The position numbers and the translations under genes are program-made. This document shows, in pieces, positions 59,351-64,000 of a stretch of 64,000 nucleotides of DNA. Source of the DNA: an uncultured Gemmatimonadales bacterium (GTDB lineage Bacteria; Gemmatimonadota; Gemmatimonadetes; Gemmatimonadales; GWC2-71-9); contig CAWCVB010000005.1 in NCBI GenBank assembly GCA_963798915.1, positions 409,291-473,290 on the forward strand. Reading direction: 5' to 3'. Below the pieces are notes generated by a model. It searched no databases, was not told where the DNA came from, and worked only from the letters and a program-made list of their open reading frames with translations. How positions within the stretch are numbered: position 1 is the first letter of the stretch; the number at the start of each line of letters is the position of its first letter.

Positions 59351-59584
59351 ATGCGCGAGGCCCATACCCACAGATACACCAATGGAGACCTTACGGTCCT
59401 TTGGCAGCCTGCGCTCTGCCAGCACTCCGGCGCATGCGCTCGCGGCCTGTTGGCCGTCTTTGATCCCCGACGGCGGCCATGGATCGACATGACGGCTGCC
59501 CCAACCGACCAGATCGAGGCCCAGGTACGTCGCTGCCCGAGCGGAGCGCTGAGTTGCGCGCGAGTTGAGCGTCGGCCGTCGTAG
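59351..59584 (+). CDS. YjdI-like divergent 4Fe-4S protein
   Basis: CQHSGAC, VFDPRRRPWI, CPSGAL; strong GGAGG RBS. Confidence 0.88.
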   Translation: MREAHTHRYTNGDLTVLWQPALCQHSGACARGLLAVFDPRRRPWIDMTAAPTDQIEAQVRRCPSGALSCARVERRPS

Positions 59585-59647
59585 CGCTCAGCGCTCGGCC
59601 CGCACTTCCTGGCTCTGAATCTTCCATACCATCCGAGGAGACATCCC

Positions 59648-59863
59648 ATGCGCTACGATGATATTCTCTCCTTGCTCGGCTATGCTGGCGACCACGACCA
59701 GCGGGTCAGGATCGTGACCTCCGAACACACCGAAGTGGTCGGCATTCCCACCAGTCTGGATACGGACGTTACGGCCCACGAGGTCTACCTGCGGCCCGAA
59801 GAGTCGGACGAGACGGAGATTGCGGTTTCGCTGGGCGCCATCGCCTCGGTTGAGCTGGTTTGA
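59648..59863 (+). CDS. 71-aa hypothetical protein, possibly Sm/SH3-like barrel
   Basis: GAGGAG RBS; helix plus about five strands, ending IAVSLGAIASVELV. Confidence 0.65.
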   Translation: MRYDDILSLLGYAGDHDQRVRIVTSEHTEVVGIPTSLDTDVTAHEVYLRPEESDETEIAVSLGAIASVELV

Positions 59864-59877
59864 CTCCTGGCCGTGAC

Positions 59878-59903
59878 GAAACAAACTGAAACATCAGGAC
59901 GTA
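59878..59903 (+). promoter_or_regulatory. Candidate ECF sigma promoter for the array-pspA operon
   Basis: GAAAC (59878-82) N17 CGTA (59900-03) in a locally AT-rich patch. Confidence 0.4.
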
Positions 59904-59960
59904 GGGCTGCGCGTTGCCCGGTCTGACCGCCGGCGAAGGCCCGCTCGAGGAGGCGATGGA

Positions 59961-60218
59961 GTGGAAGGCATACTGGCTATCATCTTCATCTTCGGCGTGC
60001 CAGGAGTGATCGCGCTGTCCTTTACCCCCATCGGGAAGGCCCTGACGGAGCGGATCCGCCACGGCGTTCAGCCCCGGCTGGTCGAGTCAGAACCGGCGAT
60101 GTATGACGAATTAGACGCCTTGCGCCGCGAGGTCGGGGAGCTGGCCGAACGAGTAGATTTTACGGAGCGATTGTTGGCCAAGCAGAATGAGCCCCGCCTG
60201 GTGGAGGGCGGCGAATGA
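59961..60218 (+). CDS. PspB-like array paralog 1
   Basis: GAGGAGG upstream; 1 TM; ELAERVDFTERLLA. Confidence 0.85.
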   Translation: MEGILAIIFIFGVPGVIALSFTPIGKALTERIRHGVQPRLVESEPAMYDELDALRREVGELAERVDFTERLLAKQNEPRLVEGGE

Positions 60219-60535
60219 TGCAGACCGCACCCGTCCTGGCCGGAGATGGCATCCGTCTTGAGCCCTTCATCGTCGGCATCGTCATTGTGATCGCCATTAT
60301 CGGTGGCGTCCAGCTGCTGCTGCCGTTGGTGCGGGCGCTTGCGCGCCGATTGGACGGGGGCGGCGAATCGGCACAACTTCATGACGAACTCGAGATGTTG
60401 CGGGCCAGGGTCCTCGATTTCGAGCCGATGACTCAACGGGTGGCCGAGCTGGAAGAACGCCTTGACTTCACGGAACGCATGCTTGCTGCCAGCGCCCAGC
60501 CCGCCCCCCGGCCTGTCTCGCCGCAGGAGCCCTGA
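60215..60535 (+). CDS. PspB-like array paralog 2
   Basis: 1 TM; ELEERLDFTERMLA. Confidence 0.85.
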   Translation: MMQTAPVLAGDGIRLEPFIVGIVIVIAIIGGVQLLLPLVRALARRLDGGGESAQLHDELEMLRARVLDFEPMTQRVAELEERLDFTERMLAASAQPAPRPVSPQEP

Positions 60536-60538
60536 CCG

Positions 60539-60589
60539 GTGGAAGACGTCATCAAGGTGTTGCTGCTCATCCTCGGTGGGAGGGGGTAA
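60539..60589 (+). pseudogene. 16-codon mini-ORF, probable N-terminal remnant of another paralog
   Basis: AGGAG RBS at 60525-29, GTG start, MEDVIKVLLLILGGRG*; resembles paralog 1 start MEGILAIIFIFG. Confidence 0.5.
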
Positions 60590-60592
60590 CTC

Positions 60593-60949
60593 ATGAGGCG
60601 GGAAAAGCAGGAATGGATCGGTGCCGCCTTTGTCGGAATCGGGTTGGGGGCGATGGCACTGTTTGGCGCGCTCGCTGCGGCGTCCGCCGTGCTGGGTCCG
60701 ATCTCCGTGCCGATCTGGGCCATCGCCGCATTCATGGTGATGGGTATTGTGAGGTCGCCTGTCGGGAAGGCATTTGCGGAGCGCCTCGCGGGCCGCACCA
60801 CTGACTCCGACGACCCGGATCTGCCCGCGCTCTACGCCGAACTTGACGAGTTGCGGGCCCGCCTGAGCGAGATGGAAGAACGCCAGGATTTTGCCGAGCG
60901 GTTGCTGGCGCAGCCACCGCAGGCGGGAATTCACGGGGAAGCGAGCTGA
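60593..60949 (+). CDS. PspB-like array paralog 3
   Basis: 2 TM; EMEERQDFAERLLA. Confidence 0.85.
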   Translation: MRREKQEWIGAAFVGIGLGAMALFGALAAASAVLGPISVPIWAIAAFMVMGIVRSPVGKAFAERLAGRTTDSDDPDLPALYAELDELRARLSEMEERQDFAERLLAQPPQAGIHGEAS

Positions 60950-60952
60950 CTC

Positions 60953-61270
60953 ATGATGCTTCAGGGAACTCAGTCGGGCGAGTTTGGCATGGCGCTGGCG
61001 CTTGGCGCCGTTGCGATCTGCCTGATCTTTGTGGTGCTGCGGCCGCTGATGGCGGCGCTGATGCATCGGATTGCCCGCCATGATGATGAGTCGTTGCTCG
61101 AGCTCGAGGCCCGGGTGGCGCGCTTGGAGGAGGGCGGGATGATGGGAGCGCTTCCCTCACAGACGGAGCAGAGGGTGGCTGAGCTGGAAGAACGCCTCGA
61201 TTTTGCCGAGCGATTGCTGGCGCAGCCACGGACGCCCGGTTCGCATGGCGCCGAGGGAGTGATCCGATGA
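60953..61270 (+). CDS. PspB-like array paralog 4
   Basis: 1 TM; ELEERLDFAERLLA. Confidence 0.85.
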   Translation: MMLQGTQSGEFGMALALGAVAICLIFVVLRPLMAALMHRIARHDDESLLELEARVARLEEGGMMGALPSQTEQRVAELEERLDFAERLLAQPRTPGSHGAEGVIR

Positions 61271-61596
61271 TGATCCAGGTTCCGGCGCCACCGGCGCCTC
61301 CTGACATCCCCAGCTTTCTGGTCCAGACGGGCGGTCCTCCGGCCTGGGCGTTTGTCATCCCGATCGTTGCGATCCTGGTCGCGGGGATCGTGTTCTTCCC
61401 CTTGATGCGTGCGCTGGCACGACGGATAGAAGGGAAGATCAGCGGCGGTGTGCAGGATGAGCTGGAGGATCTCCGGTCACGGATCATGACCTTGGAGGAA
61501 CAGGCGATGCGCGTGCCGGAGCTGGAAGAGCGGGTGGACTTCGCGGAGCGACTCCTGGCCAGCACCCGCACGGCCGACCGGTTAACGGAGGGATGA
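61267..61596 (+). CDS. PspB-like array paralog 5
   Basis: Pro-rich N-terminus, 1 TM; ELEERVDFAERLLA. Confidence 0.85.
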   Translation: MMIQVPAPPAPPDIPSFLVQTGGPPAWAFVIPIVAILVAGIVFFPLMRALARRIEGKISGGVQDELEDLRSRIMTLEEQAMRVPELEERVDFAERLLASTRTADRLTEG

Positions 61597-61599
61597 GTC

Positions 61600-61974
61600 A
61601 TGGCGGATGACCAGGATCGCGGCGCTTTCACCATGCTCTGGATCGTCTCGGTACTGCTCTCCATCGGCATGGGGTTCATGTGCCTGGTCGCTCTGAGCGA
61701 AAATCAGGAAGTCGCGGCGCTGTTCGGGTTGGGCGGTTTTGGTGTTGGCGGCTTGCTCGCTACCACCTACCAGCTCACACGCAACCGGCGTCGTTCGCGG
61801 CCATCGGACGAGGCCCTCGAGCCACTGGTGGAGCGACTGCAGATGCTCGAGCAGGACCAGCTACGGATGGCCGAACTTGAAGAGCGGGTAGATTTCGCCG
61901 AACGGATGCTGGCCAAAGCCGAGGAGCATCAGCCCGCGGTGCGCTCAGGCGAGCGGGAACCACCCCTCACATGA
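61600..61974 (+). CDS. PspB-like array paralog 6
   Basis: 2 TM; ELEERVDFAERMLA. Confidence 0.85.
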   Translation: MADDQDRGAFTMLWIVSVLLSIGMGFMCLVALSENQEVAALFGLGGFGVGGLLATTYQLTRNRRRSRPSDEALEPLVERLQMLEQDQLRMAELEERVDFAERMLAKAEEHQPAVRSGEREPPLT

Positions 61975-62336
61975 GCTGGCGCAGGACTTTCGGGCTTGAC
62001 CCGATTGAGTTCATCATCTTCTGGCTGCTGGCCTTCGGGTTGGGCGTGGGCCTGGCCGACCTCAGCCACGAGGACGGATTCATTCCTCTCGCGCTCTCGG
62101 TGGCGGCGGGGCTCTATGTGTTCGTCCGGCGCCGAGCACTCGGGCGGCTGGGGCGGGAAGGGCAGGCCGGTGATGACCTGGCGGAATTGCGCGACGACCA
62201 GCGCGCCGCCACCGACTACTTTGAGCGCCGGATCACGGAGATCGAGGAGCGCCTGGACTTCACGGAGCGGATGCTGGCGCGGGCTCAGGATGAGATGCCG
62301 CTGCTGGAGCCCCGGCGGGGCGGGCAGGGCTCGTGA
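61971..62336 (+). CDS. PspB-like array paralog 7
   Basis: 2 TM; EIEERLDFTERMLA. Confidence 0.85.
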   Translation: MSWRRTFGLDPIEFIIFWLLAFGLGVGLADLSHEDGFIPLALSVAAGLYVFVRRRALGRLGREGQAGDDLAELRDDQRAATDYFERRITEIEERLDFTERMLARAQDEMPLLEPRRGGQGS

Positions 62337-62722
62337 GCTGGCGGGGTGTTTTCGGGCTCGACGGAGTCGAGTTCGTGCTCTTCTGGGCTGGCTCCATCGT
62401 TACGGCGATCCTCGTCGGGGTGGCCTCGGAGGAGCCGGCAGCAGCGATGTCAATGCTGGTACTGGCCGCGTTCGTGTACGCGGTGCTGCGACGGCGGGCG
62501 CTCCGCGGCCTGCCGGCGCAGGACGGGGGCAAGCTGGAGGAACTGGTGGCCCAGCTGCAGGACGAACAGTCGGCCGCATCCGAGTTCTTCGAGCGACGCA
62601 TTGCCGAGCTGGAGGAGCGGGTGGACTTTGCTGAGCGCATGCTGGCGCGAGGGCAGGAAGAACGGCTGGAAGCTGGCCGTCAGTCATCGGTCATCAGTCG
62701 ACCGTTGACTGACGACCCTTGA
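62333..62722 (+). CDS. PspB-like array paralog 8
   Basis: 2 TM; ELEERVDFAERMLA. Confidence 0.85.
   Translation: MSWRGVFGLDGVEFVLFWAGSIVTAILVGVASEEPAAAMSMLVLAAFVYAVLRRRALRGLPAQDGGKLEELVAQLQDEQSAASEFFERRIAELEERVDFAERMLARGQEERLEAGRQSSVISRPLTDDP
62678..62714. repeat. Heptamer-based inverted repeat
   Basis: cgtcagtca (62678-86) / tgactgacg (62706-14) perfect 9-bp arms; cagtcat-cggtcat-cagtcga heptamers. Confidence 0.55.
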
Positions 62723-62757
62723 CCGGCACGAGCGACGACTTACTCACGGAGCACCAC

Positions 62758-63153
62758 ATGGTCACACGGGAAGATATTCAGTCCTGGCTGGACCGGCTGG
62801 ATGGAGGCGGGCTCCAGATCGAAGAGCCGGAGTCCAATCTCTGGATTGCCACGACGCCGGACGGCGGCGAGATCGTATGTAACTATGCCCCTCCGGTCAT
62901 GATTCTCCGGGTGCGGGTCATGGAAGCTCCGCGGGACGATACCCGCCGGGCCGAGCTCTTTCGGGAGCTCCTGACCTTGAACGCCCACGAGCTGGTCCAT
63001 GGCTCGTACGGGCTGGAGGGTGACCATATCGTGCTGACGGACACCCTCGAGCTCGAGGACCTGGATTATTCCGAATTCGAAGCCAGCTTCGATTCCATGA
63101 CCCTTGCCCTGGCGTCGCACATGTCTGCGCTGGCGCCCTACCGAGACAGGTGA
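62758..63153 (+). CDS. CesT/YbjN-like (type III chaperone fold) acidic protein
   Basis: GGAG RBS; small acidic protein; ELFRELLTLNA..LVHGSYGLEGDHIVL pattern; immediately upstream of pspA. Confidence 0.75.
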   Translation: MVTREDIQSWLDRLDGGGLQIEEPESNLWIATTPDGGEIVCNYAPPVMILRVRVMEAPRDDTRRAELFRELLTLNAHELVHGSYGLEGDHIVLTDTLELEDLDYSEFEASFDSMTLALASHMSALAPYRDR

Positions 63154-63162
63154 GAGACGACG

Positions 63163-63930
63163 ATGGGAATCTTTGACCGCTTCTCGACGCTGCTCCGGTC
63201 GAACATCAACGACCTCATCTCCCGGGCCGAGAATCCCGAGAAGATGCTGAACCAGCTGATCACGGACATGCGATCACAGCTGGGCAAGGCCAAGACCGAG
63301 GTGGCGGGTGCCATCGCGGACGAGAAGAAGCTGGAGTCCGACGCCCAGGCCATGAAGAAACAGGCCGAGGAGTGGGAACGCCGTGCCATGCTGGCGGTCC
63401 AGGAAGGGCGTGACGACCTGGCCAAGCAGGCGCTGACTCGCTACAACGAAAACCTGCAGGGCGCCCAGCAGCTGCACGAGACCTGGGTCAAGTCCAAGCA
63501 GGAGACCGAGGCGCTGAAGCTGTCGCTCCGGCAGTTGAATGACAAGATCGAGGAAGCCAAGCGCAAGAAGAACATTCTGATTGCACGAGCGCGGCGGTCC
63601 GAAGCGCAGCAGCGCATTCAGCAGACCATGGCTGGCATGTCGGACAAGAGTGCCTTCGAGTCGTTCGAGCGGATGGCGGAGAAGATCGAATCCAACGAAC
63701 GCAAGGCGCTGGCGGCGGCCGAATTGCACGAAGAGTTTACCGGCGACTCGCTGGCCAGGCAGTTCGAGGTGCTCGAGTATCACGGCAGCGCCGACCAGCA
63801 GCTGCTCGAATTGAAGCAGAAGATGGGACTGCTCGGTGCCGGCAGCAGTGGCGAGGCAAGGCGCCTCGGCAAGGGAATGGATGACGTGCAGGATGCCGAG
63901 GTGGAGGAGGAGGGGGGAACTGAAGGCTGA
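63163..63930 (+). CDS. pspA: PspA/IM30 (ESCRT-III superfamily) protein
   Basis: MGIFDRFSTLLRSNINDLISRAENPEKMLNQLI, GRDDLAKQAL, FERMAEKI. Confidence 0.96.
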   Translation: MGIFDRFSTLLRSNINDLISRAENPEKMLNQLITDMRSQLGKAKTEVAGAIADEKKLESDAQAMKKQAEEWERRAMLAVQEGRDDLAKQALTRYNENLQGAQQLHETWVKSKQETEALKLSLRQLNDKIEEAKRKKNILIARARRSEAQQRIQQTMAGMSDKSAFESFERMAEKIESNERKALAAAELHEEFTGDSLARQFEVLEYHGSADQQLLELKQKMGLLGAGSSGEARRLGKGMDDVQDAEVEEEGGTEG

Positions 63931-64000
63931 GGGCGGAATGCTCGCCGCTGAAGGCTGAACGCTGAACACCCGGGCCGGGCACCGTGTTAGTATTCACGGC

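Noticed and set aside
60136..62650. Recurring ~40-nt sequence (gagctggaagaacgcct.gattt.gccgagcg...) as a CRISPR or other DNA repeat array
   Set aside because: Copies are about 300-430 nt apart, vary mainly at third codon positions and are always in frame, so this is protein-level conservation; no cas genes

Overview
High-GC bacterial chromosomal window. The gene style (kinase-PD40 fusion, many lipoproteins and TPR proteins) suggests Gemmatimonadota, which is an inference. Housekeeping genes include an aminotransferase, queD-folE, an acyl-CoA ligase, ligA, pdp, recF-dciA-gyrB, a crotonase, glpK and uvrA. Three loci stand out. (1) 59961-63930: a tandem array of eight small membrane proteins plus a probable ninth remnant. 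Their N-termini are variable but all carry the C-terminal motif E[LMI][EA]ER[LVQ]DF[AT]ER[LM]LA, and the array runs directly into a CesT/YbjN-like gene and pspA. This is the best candidate for an undescribed system: a diversified PspB-like adaptor/sensor array for a bacterial ESCRT-III protein. (2) 38360-49364: a porin plus three multiheme cytochromes (about 45 heme-binding motifs) facing a divergent ccmE(CxxxY)-ccmF-ccmH-ccmI-like operon, a candidate extracellular electron-transfer conduit. (3) 4070-12473: an archaeal-style nurA-herA-mre11-rad50 set interrupted by an inverted CLC gene. Six +1 frameshifts in five genes are most likely assembly errors. No rRNA, tRNA, CRISPR array or mobile element was recognised. 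All family assignments come from motif recognition by eye, not from database searches.
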